Positions 39,082 through 51,400 of a stretch of DNA of 64,000 bases are shown here, in pieces. The stretch lies in contig JAAILG010001137.1 of the NCBI GenBank assembly GCA_012026655.1, positions 1 through 64,000 of the forward strand, written 5' to 3'. The translations under genes and the position numbers were made by a program. Numbering within the stretch: position 1 is the stretch's first letter; every line of letters begins with the position of its first letter. This stretch comes from Hydrolagus affinis (taxonomy: Eukaryota). The notes beneath the pieces are model-generated. The model saw only the letters and a program-made list of their open reading frames with translations, had not been told where the DNA came from and did not search any database.

Positions 39082-41939
39082 ATTTGTCTCTTGATTTGAG
39101 AGGTAAAGAAAACTAGGTTAACTCGCAATATAAATTATTATTATTATTGGCTCTCAGTCTACGACTATTTGTGGAACGTTACTGTGTGCAATTGGCTGCT
39201 GCATTTCGCCCACAAAATATACAGTCAGTCCGCTTTACTCTATATTCTCCAAAGCGCTTTGAGACCTCCCGAAGATGTGATAAGGCACTATCTCCATTGC
39301 AAAGATTATTATATTATATAAACAATAGAAAGGGAAGCAATAGTTTGGGTAATCATTCAGGTTTGTAAACTTGTCCGAATTCAGTGAGTTTAACATCTGC
39401 CCAGCCTTTCAGCTATTAATCTATGATAGTTTAAGCATATTGTCGTTTTTTTGGAATGTGGATGCTGAAAACTGCAGTCATTTTGCCCCCTCGTTGATCA
39501 AACAGTGACTTGCAATTAATTAAATTGATGGATGCAATATCATCACTGCCAAATATCGCAGAGTTAAATCCAAATACCTGTTTTTTTTTAACAATCTCAT
39601 CATTGAATCAATGAAGCCGATCATTTATGGCTCGGCAAACGCAGAAAGTCTGATCACTAAAGTAGCATCAAGTCACAGTGTTTGATTCAATAATCAGTCA
39701 AGAAGCAATAAGTAAAGCAGGTTATTCCAGTTCAGTTATTGTTTGCTCGAGGTGATAAAGATTACACGGCAGCAGATAATGTTATAAATCTTTTATTACT
39801 TGAAATTAAAACATGGGACACAATATTTCAGTTCACAGCAAAACAACCTTGCTATCTCTGTCTGTCTGTCTCCTCCCCCACCCCCCCAAAAAAAATCTTA
39901 AGAGTATTTGTTTTCTGCTCATGCTATTTTGGATCTGTAGATGTTCCCCCTGATTTGTGATGCTGTTCATGGAAGCAATTCAGAATGGGTGTTAAATTAG
40001 CAATGTGTTTGTACTAGGTTGACACATCGTCAATAGCTAATTTGGTAGAAATTATGCATTATCCAGAGAGTTTGTAGTGAAAACCCCTTGATCCCAGAGT
40101 TGACTGCATAGCACAAAACGAGTACATTTACTGCATATTACTGCAGTCTGATGCAAACCTCTCCCTGATTTCATCATACGCCGGATCGGTCATTTCAAAC
40201 CTTCTTGAACACTCGACGTAGTTCTCTGGGGAGCCACATTTGTCACGCTGCAGCACTCTCTGAATACATTCTCTGTCTTGCGGGAAATATAAAACAATAA
40301 TCGTAGTATTAAATCGGCTCTTATCAGAAATGCACTTTCGTAACTGATAACATTCAACATTCATGACAAAATGAGTTCAAAATTGCAGCAGTGGAATGAA
40401 TGGCATTGGAATGTTTCTGTATCTGGGTGCATATTCCATCGAGTGCTATTGATTCTCCAGTTTCTAGAATTGTCAGTTCACCAGATAACCTTAATTTGCA
40501 AATTAATACAAAGATTGGAATGTCTTCTTATCAGAATGCAGTGTCAGATTGACATTATCTTTTCAAGTAAGAGAGAGAGAAAAGGTAAATATTTAACTTT
40601 TGTCCAAGAAATACCCTTAACAGCTCTGTTAACAAAAAAAAATAGACTCTTGAAATGTTGACTCCAAATGTCTGCTAAAATTTTAGGTCTTTGATAGGAG
40701 AGAGCTGGAAGGGTGAAATGGTCATTTCTCATTCCACGCTTCCTTCTGTTGTAGGTGCCACTTTTGCTCCATTGGTAGCCACTCTAGTGTCAGAGTCAAG
40801 ATTTTAGCTTCAAGAACCATGTTGAGATTTGAACTCGTACTCCATATCAAATGCAAATATTATTAATTAGGATTGTTTTTCAGAACGTTGGCTGGCACTA
40901 GTGCTTGTGGCTTGTTCAGTATCATCGCCCACAAAATATACAGTCAGTTCACTCTACAGTGTATTCTGCGAAGCGCTTTGAGATGTCTAGAAGACATGAA
41001 AAGTGCTACATCAAATGCAAGGATTATTATCCTTAACCACGCTCATCACTTGTGCAACCGAACTATTCAGCAATTTCTCCTGGAAGAGATGCATAAGTGC
41101 GATGACATTCAGGGATCAGATGATGATGATAATATGAAGAATATGTCAGGAAAAGTAGGAAGAAGTTACCTATAATAGTCGATGATATTTTGTTAGGTGC
41201 CAAGAACAATCATTGCGTGGGCCAACTAATGTAAAATCTCTAGGAAACAAAAGAAGTAGATTAAAAAAAAGAAAGCGCATGAATAAAGAGTGTGATTAAA
41301 CTATACGTCAGGGAACAAGTCTAAAAGGATAAAATATATATGAAAACCTTTAACCGGTGCTATTTATTAGCTCAACAAATGACTGATTTCAGCATGAGGT
41401 GCTGATGTGGCTGGCCCAAGGCTTTTCACATTGGATTCTGAACAAGTGTCCAAGCTAACATGCGAGCGTCTGTGCAGATCAATGCACCAAGTAACCAAGC
41501 ATTTTCCCCTTATAGGTCATTACAAGCACAAAAGATGGTGTAGGAGTAATGAGTCATGAGTATCAAAGTCTGCCAATCAGTTCTACTAAAGGTGAAGTTA
41601 ACTTTCAGCGGAGAAAGTACAAGTCACCGGCTACGGTGGCGTCTGGTACTCGTGACATTGATGTACCCTCTAAGTTGTTTAACAAAACAATTTAATCTGT
41701 TGCACTTCAAATGAAACTTTTTTTTCCCCCTGGTTGGAATTTCTGACGTTTCGCCCACAAATACACAGTCAATTCACTCTACGGTATATTCTGTGAAGCG
41801 CTTTGAGACGCTCAGGAGATGTGAAAACGTTTGATATAGCAAATGCAAGGATTATTGCCTTGTTTTCACTTGGTAAACTACAGCACAAACGGATCCACTG
41901 TTAAATGCAGTAATACACGATCGAGTTTTTTTTCAGGAG

Positions 41940-42326
41940 ACGAGATTATTGAGGGCGAGTAACCGTTGGAGGTGTTTAAAATGATGAAAGGGGCGACGGA
42001 CATAGATAGATTTAGTCCTTTTGTTTGTGAGTCCATAACAAGGAGGCATAAGTGTAAGAAAGTCGGTAGCAGATGGAAAGGGGAGTCTAGGAGAAACTTC
42101 TTTATGCAGAGGGTGGTGCGAATGTGTAATTCACTGTGTGAAGAAGTGGTTGAAACAGAAAGCCTCAACATATTTATGAAGAAAGTTGATTCAGATCCAA
42201 GGGAGAAAGGTATATAGGAAGAGGGGATTAGGAATCGTGGAGGCTGATGAGGAGTATAAGCATAGGTACTGTCTCGTTTGGCCAAATGGTGTGTTTCCGT
42301 ACTGTATCCGTTCTATGTAATTCTAC
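41940..42326 (+). mobile_element. CR1-clade LINE 3' end
   Basis: EVFKMMKG...TRRHKCK...RRNFFMQRVVRMCNSL.EEVVETESLNIFMKKVD is the CR1 ORF2 C-terminus; tail TGGCCAAATGGTGTGTTTCCGTACTGTA...TTCTATG. Confidence 0.9.
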
Positions 42327-44372
42327 GCAGAAAGTTCATTTTCCAAATAGGAGCATAGAAGCTTGGTAGCTTTGCCCCTGGTTCTGTGAAACCTATTATA
42401 TTAAAATTACAAAGAATATCAGGTTCAGCCGGGATGAAAATGAAACGTGCAGTTTTGCTGGTGACAAAAGATCAGGTCTTATCAATCAATCCCAGGTTCA
42501 AGAAAAGCAAAGTTGTAATTCACTCATTTTTTATCAGCTAATTAGCTTCATTTGCTGCTTCTTGCCTTTCACCACCAAGTACAACTTTATACCTTTATGG
42601 GGTCTGCTGTTTATTGCGGGTTATTTGTGCGGCTGAGATAGTACTTTGGCAGGGTGCATTATGACTGAACGCCAATTGCTGCTATTATACCCCTATCCTG
42701 TTGACTGCGCGAGATGTCACTGTGGAATCCAGGACACCTCTGTCACTGACTGTCCACAGTGCAGTAAAACCCCCTCATTACAGCTCCATCGCTGGCTATC
42801 ACAGCGCAGTAAAATACAGTACTAATAAAAAAAATAACAATCCTTGCGCTTCATAAAGCGGCTTTCACATCAGGAGGATGTCTCAAAGTGCTTCGCAGGC
42901 TCTGCTGTAGTGTAAAGGGTGACAAGTGAGCATTTTGTATAGGTTGCCACATACATACATACACATACATACATATATACACCAGCAGGTTTCTGGCACC
43001 TCATCGCAATCTGCTACTAATTTGCACATGAACACACATGCGACCTTTTCAGTGGCACCCATCCGTTTTTGAATCCCAGCTCTGTCACCTCGTGCCTCAG
43101 CAGCAAGCCATGGAAACAATACAGTAGCTGTGTAATCCATTGCAGTGTCCATCATCCTGCCGCCTGCCAAAATTTCCCTTACAGATAACAAACGCTCCAT
43201 CTCACCGGCTTGTCACTCTCCATTATTGTCATTCCATTCCCATCTCATTGCTCTTCCTCGCTCTCACACTGGCTATCATCTCTAGCCGGCACGTGTCTCT
43301 CCACCCCTGGCTCTTTTATTCTAACGAAAATAGTCTCCTTTATTTTCCAGCCGCACTTCTCAGCTTTTCTCAGTGTTCCCAGTTCAATGGCAGGATCGAT
43401 GGAAAAGGGGCCCTTGTTTGCATCACTTGACATCATGGTGATAGCACCTGACATAGCCTCCAACCTTCCGAGCAGTATTGGTTGCTGAAAACACAGCCAA
43501 TAAGTCATCATCATAATAATCCTTGCATTTAATATACCTGTAGTGCTTTTCAAGTCTTCTAGACGTCTCACAGCATCACAGAATGTACTTGAAGTTAATT
43601 AATTGTATATTTGTGAGCGAAACGCAGCAGCCAATTGCGCACAGCAGCGTCCCACAGTCAACCGTGGGTTGAAATGACAGATTTTATTATTGCGTTATTT
43701 GAAAACCGCTTGTTTCAAGTTAATTTTGTGACTTAAATGCACGACTGACTGGTGAAATTCCGGATGACTTCAGTTAAGCAGAACTCTGAACACTACACGC
43801 TGTAACTCACATAGTGCACTGTGTGCTGCCTGTCCTTTGCAGAAGATATTTGCAGCAGATAAGGACAGATTCTTCGCTCCTTACTTTGCTCTGTTTTCCT
43901 TTTTATCACCAGATTATACAAGCCTGCAGACATTGCTTCAGTTGATAAACAAGCTACTAATCGATTAAAGTCCTATTTTTAGAACTGTAGTCATATGTTT
44001 TCTAGAGCAGAACCGATAACAAAATGAAAGACGTGTGTCCTCAAAAGCAGTTCATAAAACTTGTGAAACACAACAATGCTTAAAAATCCCCTTTTTGAAA
44101 AGAGATTTGCAAAAACTCAACAGGTTTGAAACACTCTGATCGCCTTTAATAATAATTGTTCTCAATCCTAGCCCCCTCCCACACCACCACCCCCACCCCC
44201 ACCCCCCCAAAAAAAAACAACTATTCAATAAAAAGGATCGAATGCATTGAGTCCTTTTTTTGACTTAATCTAATCACTGGAATTAACTTTAAACTGAGTG
44301 AACCCTTGCAGGCATTTTATTTTGGCAGTTTGATGTTATCTCTTTCTTTGCTCTCAAAGAGCTTAATTAGCC

Positions 44373-44854
44373 GCAGTATTAGAGTTCAATGGTAGAAAAT
44401 AACTGACCGAGGAACAAACAAGTACCATGCTATTACTTTTCTATGCGGAGTTCAGACTTTGCTTCTTTTATCGAATCAAAATGTGCGGACGTCTGTCGCA
44501 ACTTTGCCACCTCGAGTGTTCCAATCTCGACAGCGTCTTTGACTCCGGTTTCAACTGATCGAGATCTCCGCAGCTTGAGCTGTCGCCCCCAACCCCCTCC
44601 CCCACCCCCCACACACATGAGGTTCTAGATATCCCTTCTTGCCGAAGCAGAAATACTGTTGTCTACACTACAGCATTACCTCATCTGGTAGCCAACAATA
44701 TCTGAAAGGCACGAGCTGATTTTTCACTTGCTTAATTCACAGGCCACTGAGGCCCATTGTAGCAGACGTACAACTCCACATAGAAAAGTAATAGCACAAT
44801 GTTTGTTTGTTCCTTGGTCAGTTATTTTCTACCATTGAACTCTAATCCTACTGC
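44373..44854. repeat. Long imperfect inverted repeat (arms 44373-44452 and 44772-44854), possible MITE/foldback element
   Basis: ATTAGAGTTCAATGGTAGAAAATAACTGACCGAGGAACAAACAA and TGCTATTACTTTTCTATGCGGAGTT both recur as near-perfect reverse complements. Confidence 0.85.
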
Positions 44855-45034
44855 TTCAAGGAGACTCGGACCTGGAATTCAACCCGAGTTCCTTTCTAGC
44901 TCTGTTCGGTTCAATTTAACTCCAGGCACACATTTCACCATCCATATAGTCTGGAGACCTGTCTTAGTTGGGTGTCAATTCTATGAACCACTTCATAGAG
45001 GTCAATATACCTCCATAGCCGTTTCCCAAATGAC

Positions 45035-45345
45035 TCCCGTCATTGAACCCTATCAACCTGCCCGTCCCCCTCCATTCAGCGGGCTCCGGTCTGCTCCGTG
45101 TCTCCCGCCTGACCCGATCTACCCTACCATCGGTGGCCGGGCTTTTGGCCTTTCTGCCCCCACACTCTGGAACTCCATCCCAAAGTCCCTCCGCCTCGCT
45201 TCCTCCCTCGCCCCCTTCAAGGCCGATCTCAAGAACCCTCCTGTTCGATCGTGCCTTCTGTCGCCCTCCTACCTCTCCCCCTCCCCACCTACCCTGCCCC
45301 ATCTGACGCGAAAGGCATTCTATAAATGTAATTTTGTTGCTGTTA
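45035..45345 (+). mobile_element. L2 LINE 3' end
   Basis: PYQPARP...PTIGGRAFGLSAPTLWNSIPKSLRLASSLAPFKADLK plus TATAAATGTAATTTTGTTG tail. Confidence 0.9.
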
Positions 45346-46097
45346 TAGTTGTCGTCATCAAACAAAGGGGCTTTTTTTGCATTGGTTGTAATAGTGAAAC
45401 ATGATTCACAGCAGGAAGGCAGAGATACATGGAACCTGATCCCTATCAACAGAATTTAACAGCTGTTCATTGCATCCTGCTACTTTTCCTGATACAGTAA
45501 TCTCGGTGACATTCCAAGATTATTGAACCAGGTGAATGAGACGTGGCATGAAACCAAATCAGGTTTGCTTCAGAATTTGTCTATTGACAAATCACTGATT
45601 CCCTGATTAAAGTAGATTAAACGCACAACCGTGCTCCGTGCGAATTCGAACCGATTCACTCGGCCTGAAGAGGCAGAGTTCCAACAGGAGATGCATTGCT
45701 TGTTAAGGTGCCTTAAGCGCACTTTCACGTCATAACTGAGTGTGGAACCTGCCGCCCCCCTTCCCCCACAATCAGTCGTCGGTTCCTGAAAATGCAAGTA
45801 GACAGAACAGTCCTTTCTCGTTGGCATCTGCTGTTCACAGCGGTTCGGAAGCGCATTTATCCGATTCTGCGTGTTTAAAAAAAAACATGCCATCGATGAT
45901 CAGTGCGTTTGGCCAACTGAAGCAAGTGCTGAGAATGAATCAGCACAGATCTAATAATAAAGTGACTGCCAGTAGATTGGGAACAGCGAGGCGAAAAATG
46001 TGATAACCGATGCAATCACATTGAATCTGTTGTGAAACACCATATTTTCCATCCCTATAGCAGCAACCGTAGAATGATTGCCATAATTCAGACCACA

Positions 46098-46574
46098 ATA
46101 ATGATGACAATCCTTGCGTTTGATATAGCGCCTTATCACGTCATCAACATCTCTCAAAGCGGGTCAAAGGATTATTCTGTAAAATGGATTGACTCTGCAT
46201 TTTGCGGGCAAATGCATGAGGCAGATGAGCACAGGTAAATCTCGCGACCAATTTTATTTGGCGGATTTATTGGCCAGGGCACCGGGAGAAATTCTCTTCT
46301 CTTTTTTCGAAGTGTCATGGGATTTTTAACATCCACTCGATCAGTCAGACAGGACCTTGTTTTTAATGTCTCATCCGAAGGACAGCACCTCCGACTAAGG
46401 AACACCTTCCGCCCCACCACCACCCACCCACCTGCCCACCCACCCACCCACCCCCCACTGTAACACTTGCATTGGAGTGATATCTTAGATTATGTAACTC
46501 AAAGTCCTGACGTGGGATTCGAATGCGCAATTTTCGAAAGCACAGACGAGAGTGGCTATCACTGAGCCAAGCTC
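46098..46574 (-). mobile_element. Near-complete Deu-domain SINE with tRNA-like head
   Basis: Reverse complement: TGGCTCAGTGATAGCCACTCTCG...TTCGAATCCCAC...GGAGGTGCTGTCCTTCGGATGAGACATTAAAAACAAGGTCCTGTCTG...GTGGATGTTAAAAATCCCATGACACTTCGAA...TCCCGGTGCCCTGGCCAATA. The tail part may be a younger SINE insertion. Confidence 0.8.
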
Positions 46575-46599
46575 ACACACACACACACACACACACGCA

Positions 46600-46648
<49 letters not shown>
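46574..46648 (+). repeat. Compound microsatellite (CA)n(CGCA)n(CA)n
   Basis: Direct reading. Confidence 0.95.
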
Positions 46649-46649
<1 letters not shown>

Positions 46650-48130
46650 ATCCACACATCTCGGTTGCAACTAATTTTTCAAGCAGAAGCAACATACGCC
46701 TCAATAAATTTAGCACCTTCTACTAATTCTTAATTTGCAATCTTTCATTCTACAGTACTTTGCTAACCCCATGTTGGGACTAACACGTCACCATCAATCT
46801 CCAGTCACCATTGTTCTCTTGTCGGGCATGAAACGTATCCGAGAAAGAGGCAAAATTCTACTTTTTTTTTCTTTTGTACAGGAAGACTGCGGACAGGCGG
46901 TAACCTACCCATTGAAGTCCTGGGAAGCCTTTAGTTTGTTTCATGCGCACATTTGTTATTGTGTTCCTCGAATTAGCAAAGGGATCTCGGGGGTAAAGGG
47001 GTAAAAAAATAAATTCCATTCAGTGTTACGCTTAGCAACTCTAAAGGGGAAAAAAAAACACCCTGTATTGGTTGACATCACCTTTGGGGAACTTTTGCTC
47101 CCAACGAACTGCGTGTTATTAGAAAAGAATTCATTCCCTTCAAGGCTGTTTCAAGCTGGCTGTCGAGTTTGCCTTCGAATACATAGTCACTCCACTTCAG
47201 TAAAAAAAAATCCTGGAAAATGCTTTGAGACATCTCAACAATGTCATAGGGCACTAGATCAAATGCAAGGATTATTATTGTTATTAGTAGTGGTAGTATT
47301 TTCAATCCAAACAAGTGAAATGTAGCCCAATACATACTCATTCATTGTTCTTCAATCAATTTAACTGTCTTTGTATGCTATCAATCTCTCTCAACACTGA
47401 ATTAGGCTGAATCAGCCAGAGGTGATATACAGAGCTATATTTTGTTAAAATTGGAAGAATTCCAGCAATCTTCTGATCCTTTTTTAACTATTTTTTAACT
47501 TAGTTTTTGACAATGCCACACAATAAAATTTCAACCATAAAAAGTCCACAACTTTCAAGATCTCATCGTTCTAGTCCCAAGAATATAATCTGCCTAGAAA
47601 AGCTTCCATAGACTCAAAATGGGTTTTAACCCCAGAACTGCCATTAAGAAATTAACTGTATTTCATTTCATTTTGCTTATCGATATTTGACAAAACCATC
47701 AGTCTAACATATGTTGTCACATTCTTATTCATATTATCCACCGATCTGGTCTCCCTGCTCACCATAAGTTATTTTCAACTCACAGGAGAGGAAAAGAAAC
47801 AGAAAAGTATGACGAATTTAGGAGATGTGTAAAAATGCCTGACGATACATCTGTCTGAAGTATATCTTTGACTCATGCCTATAAATATCTGACCATTCAA
47901 AGACGCCGCTGTAGTAAATCAACCCCATGCACTGTAACTCTGCTCTTCCCCGCTCACATGCCACCATGAAATTCACCACATTACAAGCATTTATTTTAAG
48001 GGCTTTCGCAGATCGGGATTTTCATTTCGGAAACTTCACGAAAAATGTTATTTCGAATCGAAATCGTTCCTATTCTGAACTCCGGGTCCCTGCTGTTTGC
48101 TACGGGGGCTGAAATGTGAAACTTGCTGTG

Positions 48131-48459
48131 ATAATAATAATAATAATCCTCGCATTTGATACAGCGCTTTTCACAGTTTATCAACGTCTCAAAGCGCTTC
48201 ACAGAATATACTGTAAAGTTAATTGACTGTATATTTGTGGGCGAAACACGGCAGCCAATCACGCACAGCAGCGTCCCCACAAACAGCCGTGGATTGAAAA
48301 TGACCAATTTTTATTATTGTGCTTTTTTTTGGGTGGGGGGACAGATTATTATTAGGCGCGCGTGTGTGTGTGCGTGTGGAGTAAGGAAACTTGCGCCAAG
48401 GGTTCACCCTGACCTGCCTGGATTCAAAACACAGATCTCAACGTCTTGTAAAGCGCACT
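48131..48459 (-). mobile_element. Near full-length SINE
   Basis: Tail, body and partial head. Confidence 0.9.
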
Positions 48460-51400
48460 CTCATCACATACACACACATACACACTCACATACAGCGAAG
48501 GGGGTGATGGTATGTTGCCTGCATTTCACAGTCAGCTGATGCGAGCTGGTTTCAATGCTAGCAGACAGCAGCATTTGGGAGGGGGGTGTGGGGGGGGTTT
48601 AGTCTGTTGCTAGGCCACGGGGGACCCCTGGTAAAAAAAAACTGTCATCACTCATCTGATGTGCTTGGAACAACAGCTCGGACCTCTTGATCAGAACCTA
48701 CTATCTTTAGCAGCGATGGCATCCAACCACAGGGTCTGTGTGTGGCTGGTCCCCTCCAGCTCGAGAGCTAGTTTCTGATGACAGAATGTCAGGATCAATT
48801 TGCACACTTAATCCCCTTCACTAGTGGAAAACCACTCGTGTGTGCACTCCGCACATACAATCGCCGCATACTTCATTCAAACCGACACATGCATTTCAAG
48901 TATGCGCCCCCCCCTCCCCTCGACAAGACTACTCAGCATTTTTGCTTTAATAAGAGACACTTTTATTTCTCAGGGCTCTGATGTCATTAGGATACATGAT
49001 CCAAGGACAACTTGCTCCATATATAATGTAATATATACACACACACACACAGTTTTCCTTTTATGCTTTAACTGCAAACTGTACGTTGATTTATCGCAAC
49101 CTGGTTACACCGCGCACACCGAATCTCCCGGTTAACTTTCCGAAGTGCAGGGTTCAGGTCGGTCGGACTAGGCTGAGGCCTAACTTGTGTAGTTTTGGTC
49201 GTCATCTAAATGTAAAGAACAGCCCCGGCAGAGGCAGCCTCGTCAGTTGAATTATTCAGAGAGAAAACACAAAGAAATCACGAGAAAGACGCTGTAACTC
49301 AACATCGAAACAGTTCGGGATGTGGCCCGGTTAAAGAACATATCAGCAGAAAAGCAACGAGTATCATTACTTCATGTAAAAAATATTGATAAATCAGAAA
49401 ATCTAATGTTACAGTGATATTTTTTCCCCTCCCGTCTCATGATCAGATGGGTACTGGATATGTTTAAGTGTCTCTAGTGGCCTCTGATATTAGCACAGAT
49501 GCACACAGAGTAACAGTCTGGGAGATAGTACGCAGTTCTGCAAAATAATGACTCGCGGTTACACCTGGAAAGTAACTCAACAAAAGCCAACAAGAGGTTC
49601 ACAGATGGGTTTTTTTTGGCGCATCAAAAAGGGGAACAGGGTTATTTGGTAATTTGATGTGAGAATCGTTTGGGAAGTGGAATTGATAGATTGTCCAATA
49701 GTCTACTGCTGTTTAAAGCACTCCAGGATGCTAGATAAATGCAAGTTATTGTTGGTGTCGTTGTCTAAAACTGTTCCCATTACTAATACGGTTTCAACAT
49801 ACCATCTGCAAAGATATCAAACCGACTTACAAAAATAATGTGGAATTTACAAACACAGAGCATTGCAGACATACAGCAAATACATGTCATGTGTGCCATG
49901 TCATACATATCACATACGAGTGATAATATAATAATTATTAACTATTTCATGAAGGTGTGAAACAGCAAGCTTCATCCAGAGGCAAATACAAGGAGGAAAA
50001 ATAATAATCCTTGCATTTGATCTCGCTTTTCATGTCTTCTAGACATCTTACAGTGCTTCAGAGAAATATACTGTAAAGTGAATTGACTGTATATTTGTGG
50101 GAGAAACTCGGCACAGCAGCGTCCCCACAAACTGTCGTGGATTGAAATTACCAATTTTAGAATTGTGTTTTCTTTTGGTGGGAGGGATTATCAACGATGA
50201 AAAAACATATGGTGGTGGACAAAGTACAGACAAAGTAAGCGTTTGAGCTTTTCTGCAAGGAATATCGCCACCCACCTATCATGTGCCCGAAGCATGTTTT
50301 TAATAAACAGTAACCTGTAAAACATTCAATCTCAGCCGCACGTATTGTTAATAACTGCTCATGTGGATCAACAAAGTACAAAATAACTGTGGTAAAGGTA
50401 TTGTTATCAGATAGTCATTTAGGTATCATCAGAAAAAATTAGGAGACATTGCAAAAATGTTAGTTAAGTAAACAAGGATATTATTAAGTGACCTTTGGTA
50501 TTTCACGTTTTGTCACCTTTTTGCAGTTTGTACTTCACAACACCGCCTGGTGTAATCTGATAAAGTCATCAATGTTGCTGCTCGCACCTACCCAGAAGGG
50601 CAGCCGCTTGTCAGCATGACACGCTAAATCATTACCGGGAGGGCGCAACCTATCCAACACACTCGAGTCAAGGCATGAACAGCTGGGCGCAGGGATCTAT
50701 CATACTTTACATCGCAGACACAATTTTCCAGGAAACAGGAATTGATTCATAACCTCCGTGGCAAACAGTCACCAAGTTGGAGACTTTGATCGCCAAATGC
50801 TAAGATGTCAGGCTCCGTCTTAAAATTATTATTAGAATCGATGGCAAAATTCTTCCATTCGGTTTTCCCCCTGGAAGTCTGTCATCTTTAGTAACGGTGG
50901 GACACCCCCATCGCAGTCCATTCTCTACTGTGCGCTCACATAGCCACAAGTGCTTGTGGCATTCAACGTAAATCGGTGGTAATTCCCGTTGCAATCTCGA
51001 TTTCGTGATCCGAAACGGAAGATGAGCAAATAAAAAATGGAAAAAATGGGAAGGCAACTCAAAATCAATCACATTCAAGGGCTACCATAATACTGTAGTC
51101 CACTCAAGAATGACAAGGGCTGAGACTTGACAACTTAATAATAATAATAGTTGCATTTGATATAGCGCTTTTCATGTCTTCTAAACGGCTCAAAGCGCTT
51201 CACAGAATATACTGTAAAGTAAGTTGACTGTATATTTGTGGGCGAAACACGGCAGCTAATTGCGCACAGCAGAGCCCCCCCCACAAATAGTCGTGGATTG
51301 AAAATGACCAATTTATTATTGGTTTTTGCTGGTTCCCCTCAAATTGAGAAAAGTGACCAGTGAGGAGGGGGTGGGATGGGTGGGGTGGGGGGCGGGTGGG

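Noticed and set aside
40128-40280. Exon-like minus-strand ORF DRECIQRVLQRDKCGSPENYVECSRRFEMTDPAYDEIRERFASDC
   Set aside because: Weak AAG acceptor and weak donors, no recognised homology, no compatible neighbouring exon found
45571-45606. QNLSIDKSLIP resembling the piggyBac transposase IDES motif
   Set aside because: Only 11 residues match, followed immediately by stops with no further similarity
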